Assembly (NCBI GenBank): GCA_964016885.1
Contig: OZ024743.1
Span: 80,476,001-80,540,000, forward strand
Source: Eledone cirrhosa
Taxonomy: Eukaryota
Direction of reading: 5' to 3'
DNA: 64,000 nucleotides
Positions 1-11,059 of the stretch are shown in pieces. The notes under the pieces were generated by a model. It was not told where the DNA came from and made no database searches. It worked only from the letters and a program-made list of their open reading frames with translations. Every line of letters begins with the position of its first letter. The first letter of the stretch is position 1. The position numbers and the translations under genes are program-made.

Positions 1-358
1 GTCGATAAAATAAAGCACCAGTAACGTACTGAGGCCAATTTAATCGACCTTTCCCTCCCCTCAAATTACTGGCCTTGTGCTTATATAAGAAACCATTATT
101 ATTAGGAGGAGTTTTGGCAGTATCAGTACAGCTTGGTCACCCTGCTTTGTGGTATAATTATAGTCCTTTACGTTCTGTGTTCAAATCCTTACGGGTTCGA
201 TAAAATAAAGTACCTGTAACACACTGGGGAAGATTTAATCGACTTTACCCTTCTAATAATAGTACGATTAATGTGGAGTGGATGGCAGAACCGTTATAGC
301 GTCGGACAGATGCCTCACTTTATTTATTCCAGGTCTTTACGGTCTGAGTTCAAATCCT
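1..358 (+). mobile_element. Cluster of three partial tRNA-derived SINE copies
   Basis: Recurrent motifs tggcag(t/a)a..g (A-box-like), gagttcaaatcc (B-box), gtcgataaaataaagtacc and ggccttgtgc, shared with the fuller copy at 22013-22205. Confidence 0.7.
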
Positions 359-359
359 G

Positions 360-1282
360 TTGAGCACCTTTTTTGATTTCCATGTGTCTAACATCCGTGG
401 GCATGCCTACAAAGCCAGAAAACAGTACAGCTCCCATGACTTTCGGAAACATTTTTTCACGCTCAGAATTGCTGAAGCATGGAACAAACTACCTGCATCA
501 GTTAGCTGCCGAGACACTGCATCCTTTAAAAACTCCATGGAACAAACTCCATTCATCAGTTGTTAGCTGCCGAGAGACTGCATCCTTTAAAACCTCCATG
601 GAACAAACTACCTGCATCAGTTGTTAGCTGCCTAGACACTGCATCCTTTAAAACCTCCATGGAACAAACTCCATGCATCAGTTGTTAGCTGTCGAGACAC
701 TGCATCCTTTAAAACCTCCATGGAACAAACTACCTGCATCAGTTGTTAGCTGCCTAGACACTGCATCCTTTAAAACTTCCATGGAACAAACTACCTGCAT
801 CAGTTGTTAGCTGCCGAGACACTGCATCCTTTAAAACCTCCATGGGACAAACTACCTACATCAGTTGTTAGCTGCCGAGACACTGCATCCTTTAAAATCT
901 CCATGGAACAAACTACCTGCATCAGTTGTTAGCTGTCGAGACACTGCATCCTTTAAAACCTCCATGGAACAAACTCCCTGTATCAGTTGTTAGCTGCCGA
1001 AACACTGCATCCTTTAAAACCTCCATGGAACAAACTATCTGCATCAGTTGTTAGCTGCTGAGACACTGCATCCTTTAAAACTTCCATGCTTCCTGAGATT
1101 CGCCAACACTACACCTAATACCCCTTTCCATACACACACACACATGTATATCATGACTCATACACTGTTCATTTTCCTGACATTTATACATTATTCTATG
1201 TACTACACATGCACCTTTGATGAGTTGTAGTGCACCTGAACACTGTACACAATAATTTCTTTATTATTATTATTATTATTAT
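360..1282 (+). mobile_element. 3' end of a CR1/L2-type LINE (ORF2 C-terminus, 3' UTR, (TTA)n tail)
   Basis: Translation RGHAYK...FRKHFFTLRIAEAWNKLPASVVS matches the RGH..K / FF..R....WN.LP C-terminal signature of CR1-group ORF2. Ends in (TTA)n at about 1261-1282. Confidence 0.75.
478..1089 (+). repeat. 61-bp tandem repeat, about 10 copies, derived from LINE coding sequence
   Basis: Unit catggaacaaactacctgcatcagttgttagctgccgagacactgcatcctttaaaacctc recurs at 597, 658, 719, 780, 841, 902, 963 and 1024. Confidence 0.95.
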
Positions 1283-1283
1283 T

Positions 1284-4200
1284 TGCGACCTACGTAGGAA
1301 ATCGTATTATCGTGAGCTCCGCAAAGGTTTGTTGTTTTCAGTTGTTTAAAATTGCCATTTATGGAAAGTGTTTATTGTTAACTGTATAAAGTGCACATAC
1401 ATTGTTTTCTGAAAAGGACACTCAAAAAGATTGGGGCCTTGAGCCCAAAATTTAAACTTTTATAATTATCAAACAAAAATTTCTTTGAAACAATCATGGA
1501 CGACTCACAGTCACACCTTCCTCACAAACTAACACCTCACACCGACACCACCATTGTAAATATTACTACGTTTGCCAACACTAAAAATATAAGCAGTAGC
1601 AATAATTTAAATTTGTCTCATGCAGACATTCATTTCCCGCCATTACCAATGACTGCAGGTGTTGAAGCCGCCACTCCCACCACCACCACAGCGACAACAG
1701 AAACAAAAGAAGAAAATAAAATTATCTCGTGACATCGAAATGGATTCACCCAGATTGGACTCTTCCACACCGAACACCACTGACGCCACCAGCACCACAA
1801 CTGAAACTAAAAATAACAATAACAAAAATAACGATAACAACAACAGCAACAACAACAATGGGAATAAGAAAACCAGCCTGTCTTTTGCCAGAGTAGCAAA
1901 AAAGTGCGAAGCAATTCAGGTAACTCAGGAGGAATTAGATGAAACCAAGAGAATGGTAAAGAAAGATGGGTACAGGGTCAGCCTTACACCCCACCTAATA
2001 AAGTGGAGCATCGGCGCCTATGCACCGTGTCTTATCAGACGATTAACATAAATTCGCGCCGAGTGGAACCAGCATCCGAGTCCCAAATCCAAAAAGCTTT
2101 GGGACATGTGTGGGCAAAAGAAACACACATCAGACGTGGGCACAAATATGGAACCGTGGACGTGTTCTTTGGAACATCACAGGAGGCCAGAGAACACTCC
2201 ATGGCCCCATTAAGAAGTGACGACTTCACACTCGTCCCAAGCTATTGTAGCCAGAGACTCGTGAAGATCAGGGTGACCCACGTTCCACCGGCCATCGAAA
2301 TTCTCTGGCTAATGGCTGCCGTCCTCGCCGGCATCGAGGCCAACACCAAGATAATCGAAATAGAGAAAGAAAAGCAGGAGAACTGGGATGGAGCTCCTGA
2401 TCCAAGCGGAACAAAAAAGCAGTGAGGAGATCCCAGAGGTAATAGACCTCACTGACGGCAGCCACCTCACCGTAATCGTCGAGGGCAGATGGCCTAGGTT
2501 TGTCGTTTGTGGTGAAGGAATCCACCTAAGGGATTTCTGCCCTCACGCTAAAAAGTTGAGGCCACCTCTCTTACCCACCTCAGTGACTCAACCATCAATA
2601 CCACCAGTAGCAGAAATGGCAGCAACAACTGTAGCAGCAACAACAGAAGCAACTGTAACAGCAACAACCCCAGCAACAGTAGCAAAACCAACACCACCAC
2701 CACCCATCGCACCAGAACTAGCACCAGCGCCTACACCATCCACCACGCCACAACCAAAACCACGCCTGTGGAGGATTTTCCACTCCCCGGCTTATCGCAA
2801 CTGGAGACAGATTGTGACGACGAGGAGTGGGAAACGCTATCAGGAAAAAAGAAAAAAAGAAAAAAAAACAAAAAAAGTAAATATATCCTCTTTCTTCCCG
2901 CTCCAAATACAAAATACAGAGGGAAACAAATAAACTATCAAACAAAAAAGTTAGGACAGATATGCCACCATCCACACCAACCCCATCACCACAAACACCA
3001 ACACCATAACCATCATTGACCCCAACACCACCATCACCAACACCACAAAAGTCAGCGAGACCAGAATCTCCGAAGCACGGGCCTTCGCACCCATCTTCGG
3101 CGGCTACGATGTGTACGCATCTCCCAGCCGTCCTGGATCGGGGGTGGAGTTGCTGTGCTTTTTCGGAGAGGTTTGGATCTCGCCATACGGGCCATCTTCC
3201 TGGACCCAGAGGGTAAGTTGGTGGTGCTGGACGTGACCAGCAGAGACGGGCAAGTATTCAGGCTAGTGGCCGTCTATGCCCCGACAGGGGCAGGGCGGCC
3301 TGATTTTCTTCCGGCGTCTGGAGACCTTTCTTGGAACGTCCCGCTCTTTAGTGTTAGTGGGCGACTGGAACGGGATCTTAGATGCACGCTGGGACTGTGT
3401 GGGATTAGCGGATAAGGGAGGAGGGTGCAAGAGCCTCACCAACCTGCTCAGGCGTTTTGAACTGTCTGACAGGTACCGAATGGATTTCCCGAATGTGCCA
3501 ATGTGGACTTGGACAAACCGCATAGGCTCATCCAGATCATATCTAGATAGAGTATTTTGTAGGGAAATAGATAGGTCTAGAATAGGCTGTCCACCATTCA
3601 AGATAGTCAGCTACACGGACCACAAATTCGTGATCTGTGTGCTTGATTTAGATAGGCTTCATAGACGAGGACCCGACTTCTGTAAGCTAAACGCGTCCTT
3701 ACCAGCGCGCAAGGCCTACAGAGACCGGATTAGCGAACTAGTTAAGCGGGCGTTGACGGGGGCCATCGTCAACAACAAGTGGTGGTTTGCTCTGAAAAGA
3801 GCGATTAGAATAGGGTCCATTAGATTTAGTAAGGCTTTAGCAATAGGGACAAAAAGAGCAGAGGGAGAACTAGTTAGAACATTAGACGAGGCGCTTAGCA
3901 AAGGCATTGCGACCGACGTACTTGCGGCGAAATTGGCCCTTGACCAATTCTTCAATGCAAAGCATGAAGGCTGCGTTGTCAGTGCTTGAGTGCGTGCTCT
4001 CAGACACGAGGGGACGAAAGCCGTTCAATGGGTCCGAGTGGCGGAGGCGCGTCGTGGCAACAGAGTCACGATCCGGTCTTTGGTGGACCACGACGGGCGC
4101 ATGCTACTCGATCCCGGGAAAATGTGTGAAGCTTTTCAGCGACACTTCGCTCAACTGTTCAGGGTCAGCGGCGGGCCGGATCGAGGGATGGACTTTAGTG

Positions 4201-6577
4201 TCTACCTCGACGGACTGCTGCAGCTCCCGGCCACTGAGGCGGAGTGTTGCGAAAAGCCGATGACAGCCACTGAAGTATGCGAGGCAATGACTGGCTGCAG
4301 AAGGGGTAAATCGCCTGGTTTGGATGGTCTGCCCTATGAACTTTACGTACAAATGCCAAACTTGTTCGGAGGCCTCTTGGCGGACGTCTACTGCAACTGG
4401 CAACAGTACGGGAGAATTCCCAGCTCTGTGAGCCGAGGAACGGTGGCGCTGCTGAGAAAGGATCCGCACAAGGGAAATAACATAGATAATTTCAGGCCCA
4501 TAACTCTGCTAAACACAGAGTTCAAGATTTTGGCCAAGGTGCTAGCAAAGAGGTTGGCACTTGTCGTTGGTGGTCTGTTGGGAGAAGCGCAGACATGCGC
4601 CATTCCCGACAGATCCATCCACAACAACCTCCACCTCATGCGATACATCGTAGAGAGGGTAGCTAGGGAACCTGGCACGGGTGGGTCCTTGATCAATTTA
4701 GATCAGTCGAAAGCTTTCGACGGGGACGACCATCGTTACCTAGCGGCAGTCCTGGGGGCGGCTTGCTTTGGGCCCGTCTTCCGAGGCTGGATCGCTGCCA
4801 TGCACAACGACATCTGCTCTGTGGTGAGAGTGAACGGTCACCTTTCGGAACCGCTCAACATCATGCGCTCGGTCCGCCAAGGATGTCCCCTCTCGTCCCT
4901 CTTGTACGTATTGACTCTCGAGCTATTACTGCACAAACTGGAGACGTTGAGGGGGATCCCGCGCGAACTAGGATGCGGAAGATCTGTGTCAGCATATGCG
5001 GACAATGTCACCGTAGTGGTGTCGAACGCCAAACACATCGAGGCGATCGGCACTACACTAAGAGAATACGAAGCGGTGACAGGAGCAATGATCAACCAGG
5101 AAAAGTCAGTGGGCCTGCAGCTCGGCACCTGGAGAGGCAGGTCCATGCCGTCCAACAGCGTCGTCGGGCGCTGGACGGACGGACCCGTTAAATTGCTAGG
5201 GATCTGGTTCGGTCCGGATCTCCAGACGGACAAAAACTGGGACGAGGTGACGAGCAGGGTGGCTTCTCTCACCCAGAAATGGGCCGAGAGGAAGCTATCC
5301 CTGAAAGGTCGAGCGGAGGTGGCTAACGCGGACATCGCGTCTGTCATCTACTACCGCCTGACCGTGGTACCTTGTCCTAAGCCCCGCCTGACTGCGCTGG
5401 AGCGTTTGCTCTTTCGCTTTTTGTGGAAGGGACGCGCTCCGATGGTCCATCTGCTGTCAACACCCGCTACTTGGAGGGCTGGGCTTTCCGTAGCTGATGA
5501 TGCCCAGACACGCGCTCAGGCTGCGACATCTCCACCTCTTCCTCGATGGTGATCAGGTGTGGTCGCCGTTTGCTAGACGCGTCATTCCCCAGCTCGTCTC
5601 CTTGACGGAGCTGCAGTCCTGGGTCAAGCGCAGTCCTGGTTGGAGCGCTTGGAGACAGGAATGTCTTCAGGCGCTCACAGACTTGACCAATCGAGCAATG
5701 TGATCGGTGGAAACTCCACCTTGGCGTTCTATAGAGGATTAGTGGAGGAGAAGAGCGACGACGTACTTGGGGAAACCCTAGGCGTCGACGAAAATCAACT
5801 AGCCAATCTCTTCGGAAGAACTTTCGGGCCGGGGCCTATGGACAACTTCCAGAAATCCCTGACCTGGCAGTGCTACCCAGGAGCTTTGCCAGTTCGGGAT
5901 AAACTCTACAGGCATGTCCGAGATGCGCGCAGGGCGACGAAACCGTCCTGCCCGCACTTTTCCAGTGCGAGCATTGCTGACCTGTGGGTTTATGTCGAAC
6001 ACCTGCTGTCGCGTGTAGGACGGATCCAGCTATCAGCTGAGTCCATCGTGCGAATTGCCCCGCCCTCTTCCTTTAGCCGGGAAGGGCAGGCAGTTTTTAT
6101 CTGTTTGGTGGCCATGGCGAAAGAGATAGTATGGTGGACACGTTGAAAGGGCTGAACACGAGCACTTACCTCTTCGGTGATGCCCTAATTAACTATTTCA
6201 AATTTCATTTCAAAAGGAAAATCAGGGTAGAAAGGGAAGTGCTCTCTTCCCAGCATTTTGTTGAAAGATGGGTGAGAGAGGTAAGAATGGCCCGAGTGAA
6301 TGGGTCTACTCTGAGTATGTGTCTGTAAATTAAAGGTGGAAAACTGGGAGAGGGCACTTGCCCTGGTGGTCAGGGTCACTGTGGCTTTTTAATGGGCTTT
6401 CTCCACGAATGTCCCTCGGAAGTCTCCCCCGTTTGTGGTATTTTTCATTGTTATTTTTTTGTTACATCCTCTGTTTTTGTTTTTTACACGCAAAAATGCC
6501 CATTTGTACCGTCATGCATTGTCCTGTACTGTCCTTAATGTCTACTTTATGTAAACCCTTGTGGTTAATAAAGAAAG
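1284..6577 (+). mobile_element. Tx1-like L1-clade non-LTR retrotransposon, copy 1 (disrupted)
   Basis: ORF1 remnants with zinc knuckle, APE motifs (GDWN, YLDR, TDH), RT motifs (KSPGLDGLP, LDQSKAFD, QGCPLS, YADN), 3' UTR with AATAAA. Multiple frameshifts and stops; colinear with copy 2. Confidence 0.9.
3055..6328 (+). pseudogene. Tx1-like ORF2 (APE-RT), fragmented
   Basis: ORFs 3155-3415, 3276-3989, 3990-5552, 5640-6146 and 6131-6328 are consecutive pieces homologous to 11060-14063. Catalytic YADD is mutated to YADN. Confidence 0.9.
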
Positions 6578-6589
6578 TATTATTAATAT

Positions 6590-8750
6590 TATTGTTGTTT
6601 GAGTTTCAGTCATTGATGTTAGTTAACTGGAAACTTTGTTGAAATGAATATCATGCCACTACCTGCAGCCTCAGATATTCAGGACGTATCGGAGGGTTCT
6701 AACTGTTCCCAGCAAGCATGCCTTTTGAAGCGTTCCAAAAAGCGTGGCGGGGCCAATTTTCTTTAACCATCCCTGGAAACTTTTTGAGATAGTACCTAGT
6801 GCGCCTATGACAATCGGGACCACTTTGACTTCATGGCAGTTCCAAATCCTTTTTACCTCCCAATTTAAGTCCTGGTATCGGTTAATTTTCTCCCTCTCCT
6901 TCTCTTGCACTCTCGTGTCGAATGGGCAGGCCACATCCACAATCAGGCACGATCTTTTTTCCTTGTCCAAAACCACCAGGTCAGGTCTATTGTGTTCCAG
7001 TTTCTTGTCCGTCTGTATCCTATAATCCCACAGCACCTTCACCTGATCGTTTTCTATCACCGACTCTAGCTTATGTACATACCACTTCTCAGAATGTGGT
7101 AAATTGTTTACTTTGCATAGGTGCCAGTGGATCACCCTGCCCATCACATCATGTCGCCAGCCTTTATAGTGAGTCTGGGCTAGGTGTTTACACTCGGATA
7201 CAATGTGAACCACAGTCTCCTCTCTCTCTCTCCACAGATCTTGCACAGTAGGCTAGCCTCCCCCTTGTAAATATGGTGTTTCAAACACTTCGTTTTCAAG
7301 GCCTGCTCTTGCGCAGCCATTAGCATTCCTTCTGTAGCCTTTTTAAGGTCTCCTCTTTTCAACCAGTTCCATGTCTGTGGATCTCTGAATTCAGTTTTCT
7401 CAAAGAAGGTACTATGAACGGATTTTTCATGAAGGCTGCTCTTTCTCCTTGTTGTTATTTCCTCCTTGGACACTCCCTAGTCTATTGTCCTCTCCTTCAG
7501 TACAATTATCAGCATTGGCTCCTTACTATCAGTCACGTATTTGTGTAGGTTGTTTTTCTCCATCTGAACACAGTCCTCTATGCTGATAAGACCTCTTCCA
7601 ACCTCACATCTCCTTAGGTAGAGTCTATCGACATCACTCCTCTTGTGGAACATGTTGTAGATAGTCAATAGCTTCCTAGTCTTCCTATCCATTTCTTTTT
7701 GTTCAGCAACATTCCATCTCAGAATTCCCGCACTGTACCTAATGATAGACACAGCTCGGGAATTTACTGCACTTGTGGCATTCCTACTGTTCAGATGTGA
7801 CTTTAATACGCTCCTTACTCTCCGAATGTATTCAGATCTTTTCAATTCCTTCGTTTTTTTTTTCTTGATATCATCAGCCTCCAGAAAAACCCAAATACTT
7901 GTATCCTTCTTCAGTGTCAATTTCCTTTATCATCTCACCTGTTGGTACCTGGATTCCGTTGCTTCTGCTCAATTTACCCCTCTTCATCACAAGAACTCCA
8001 CACTTACTAATACAAAATTGCATACATATATCATTGCTGAAAATACGGACAGTGTCAACAAGCACATCCAACTCCTTCTCACTCTTCCCGAAGAGCTTAA
8101 GATCGTCCATGAAGAGGAGGTGATTGATGGTAAGCTCTCCCTTTCCCAACTTGTATCCTGCTCTCACTTTTCGCAGTATAATGGTCAGGGGCATCAGGGC
8201 ATGGACAAACAACAGAGGGGACAGACTATCTCCCTGGAAGATACCTCTCTTGATCTTCACGCCCCCCCAAGGATTCTCCAGCTGATGTTGTTCCCTCTTT
8301 CTTTCCCTTCAAGCTCTCCAAACAGCATCTTCTGGTTGTTGTCAAACATGCGGGTCTGTCTATACTGGCTGACTCTGCTCTCGTATCGCCTAATTTTTGC
8401 ACTCTTTGCTACAATGCGTTGCTTCAGTTCCTCTATGATAATATTTAGCTTTTTCCTCCTAGTTTTGTACTTTATTTCCAGTCTATTTTTAGTGTCTATG
8501 TTTTTTAGTGTCCCATTCAGTAGGGACTCAAGCTTTCCAATGTCATTTTTCATTTCCCTGATTTGACCATTCAGTCGTTTCTTCCACCAAGGCTCTGATC
8601 TTTCTTGTTTGTTGTTTCCTCTCGCTTTTATAGCAAGTAATTTCCTCACCGCATTTGCTGTTGCTTTGAGGATATTGTTGCACTGGTGAAGGTTCTTCGC
8701 CTCAAGGTATGGGATGACTTTGTTTACCTTAGCTGTTGTTTCTTTTAACT
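6590..8750 (-). mobile_element. R4/Dong-like RLE non-LTR retrotransposon, 5'-truncated and internally deleted
   Basis: RT motifs RGIFQGDSLSPLLF and HLLFMDDLKLF; C-terminal CKIC...ETVVHIVSEC zinc finger, RHD, RPDLVV..IVDV (PD-D endonuclease) and KINRY. The N-terminal RT motifs are missing at the about 8260 junction. Confidence 0.85.
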
Positions 8751-8764
8751 TTTTTTTAAAAAAC

Positions 8765-8767
<3 letters not shown>

Positions 8768-8817
<50 letters not shown>
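8768..8817. repeat. (TTA)n microsatellite at the R4/Tx1 junction
   Basis: Direct sequence. Confidence 0.95.
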
Positions 8818-9025
8818 GGCGACCTACGTAGTAAATCGTATCATCGTGAGCTCCGCAAAGGTTTGTTATTTCTGTTTGTTAAAAATTGTCATTTATGGAA
8901 AATTTTATTGTTAACTGTTTATAAGCGCACATACATTGTTTTCCGAAAAGGACACCCAAAAAGATTGGGGCCTTGTGCCCAAAATTTAAACTTTTATTAT
9001 TATCCAAAAATTTCTTTGAAAAAAA

Positions 9026-10540
9026 ATGGCTAATTCCCCTCTGCACGAAGCAGCTGAAAGCCTTCCTCACAAAATAACACCTCACACCGACACCACCATT
9101 GTAAATGTTACTACGTTTACCAACACAAAAAAAAATATAAGCAGTAGCAATATTTTAAATTTGTCTCAGGCAGACATTCATTTCCCGCCATTACCAATGA
9201 CTGCAGGTGTTAAAGCCTCCACCACCACCACCACCGCGACAACCACCACCCCCACCACCACCGCGACAACAGAAACAAAAGAAGAAAAAAATAAATTAAC
9301 TCGTGATGTCGAAATGAAATCAAGCAAAATGGACTCTTCCGCACCAAAGACGAATGACGTCACCACCACCACAACTGAAACAAAAATTAAGATTAACACA
9401 AATAACGATAGCAACAACAACAACAATGACATTATAAAACCGACCCTCAGTTTCGCCATCGTAGCAAAACAATTCGAAGCGTTCACGGTAACTCAAGAAG
9501 ATTTAGAAAATGCCAAACAAATGGTAAAGAAAGATGGGTACAGGGTCAGCCTCCCCCCCCCCCACACACCTAATAAAATGGAGCATCGGCGCCTGTGCAC
9601 CGTGTCGTATAGAACAATAAATGTAAAATCGCGCCGAGTGGAACGGGCATCCGAGTCCCAAATCCAAAAAGCTTTGGGACGTGTGTGGGCAAGAAAAACC
9701 CACATCAGACGTGGGAAAAAGTATGGAACCGTGGATGTGTTCTTTGAAACACCAGAGGAGGCTAGAGAACACTCCATGGCCCCATTAAAAAGTGACGACC
9801 TCACACTCGTCCCAAGCTATTGTGGCCAGAGACTCGTAAAGATCAGGGTGACCCACGTTCCACCGGCCATCGAAATTCCCTGGCTAATAGCGGCTGTCCT
9901 CGCCGGCATCGAAACCAACACGAAAATAATAGCAGTAGCAAAAGAAAAGCAGGAAAACTGGTCCGGATCTGGGATGGAGCTCCTGATCCAAGCGGACCAA
10001 AAAAGCATTGAGGAGATCCCAGAGGTAATAGACCTCACTGACGGCAGCCACCTCACCGTAATTGTCGAGGGCAGAAGACCTAGGTGTGTCGTTTGTGGTG
10101 AAGGAACCCACCTAAGGGCTTTCTGCCCTCAGGCTAAAAGGTTGAGGCCACCTCTCCTACCCACCCCATTGACACAACCATCAACACCACCAGTAGCAGA
10201 GATGGCAGCAACAACTGTAGCAGCAACAACAGAAGCAACTATAACAGCAACAACCCCAGCAACAGTAGCAAAACCAATACCACTACCACCACCAGCAAAA
10301 CCAACACCACCACCACCCAACGCTTCAGAACTAGCACTAGCGCCTACACCATCCACCACACCACAACCAAAACTAACGGCTGTGGAGGATTTTCCACTCC
10401 CCGGCCTATCACAACTGGAGACAGATTGTGACGACGAGGAGTGGGAAACAATATCCGGAAAAAAAAAAGAAACCAAAAAAGAAAAAATTCTCTTCCTTCC
10501 CCCTCCAAAAACAAAATACAGAGGGAAACAAATAAACTAA
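9026..10540 (+). CDS. Tx1-like ORF1 (gag-like nucleic-acid-binding protein); probably continued by frameshifted 10441-11025
   Basis: 504-aa ORF with a CX2CX4HX4C knuckle (CVVCGEGTHLRAFC) and Pro/Thr-rich linkers, upstream of ORF2. Confidence 0.75.
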   Translation: MANSPLHEAAESLPHKITPHTDTTIVNVTTFTNTKKNISSSNILNLSQADIHFPPLPMTAGVKASTTTTTATTTTPTTTATTETKEEKNKLTRDVEMKSSKMDSSAPKTNDVTTTTTETKIKINTNNDSNNNNNDIIKPTLSFAIVAKQFEAFTVTQEDLENAKQMVKKDGYRVSLPPPHTPNKMEHRRLCTVSYRTINVKSRRVERASESQIQKALGRVWARKTHIRRGKKYGTVDVFFETPEEAREHSMAPLKSDDLTLVPSYCGQRLVKIRVTHVPPAIEIPWLIAAVLAGIETNTKIIAVAKEKQENWSGSGMELLIQADQKSIEEIPEVIDLTDGSHLTVIVEGRRPRCVVCGEGTHLRAFCPQAKRLRPPLLPTPLTQPSTPPVAEMAATTVAATTEATITATTPATVAKPIPLPPPAKPTPPPPNASELALAPTPSTTPQPKLTAVEDFPLPGLSQLETDCDDEEWETISGKKKETKKEKILFLPPPKTKYRGKQIN

Positions 10541-11059
10541 GAAACAAAAAAGTTAGGACAGATATGCCACCATCCACACCAGCATCACCAACCCCATCAA
10601 CCCAAACACCAACACCATCACCATCATTATCCCCAGCACCACCATCACCTACACCACAAAAGTCACCAAAATGTGAAACAGAAACAAACCCACAACAAAC
10701 GCAAACAAAACAAAACAACCAAAACGATACACACTACACAGCATTAAATTTGAACAACAAGCAATTATTACACTACATCCAACACAACACCAGCATCACA
10801 GAAACAGACTACACAACAACCCCAAAATTCACATCACCTCCACACATACAAATCACTCGCATCACACAGAAAACGTACATGACACTAAAACAAAAATTCC
10901 CCAAAGACATCGGAGACTTCCGACAAGCACTCTCCAGGAGGATTTATAAGGACATCCTTCCTGAGGAGGCCACAAGCAGTGAAAAGGATGGAAAAGCCGT
11001 CCTTCCCCTACGAGAAGTAAGGTAAGTGGTCTTTCCCATCTTTTCAACTCCTTTTCAAC

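Noticed and set aside
10455-10475. Programmed -1 frameshift at the A-run in Tx1 ORF1
   Set aside because: In copy 1 the -1 frame meets TAA directly after the A-run; homopolymer indels explain it more simply.
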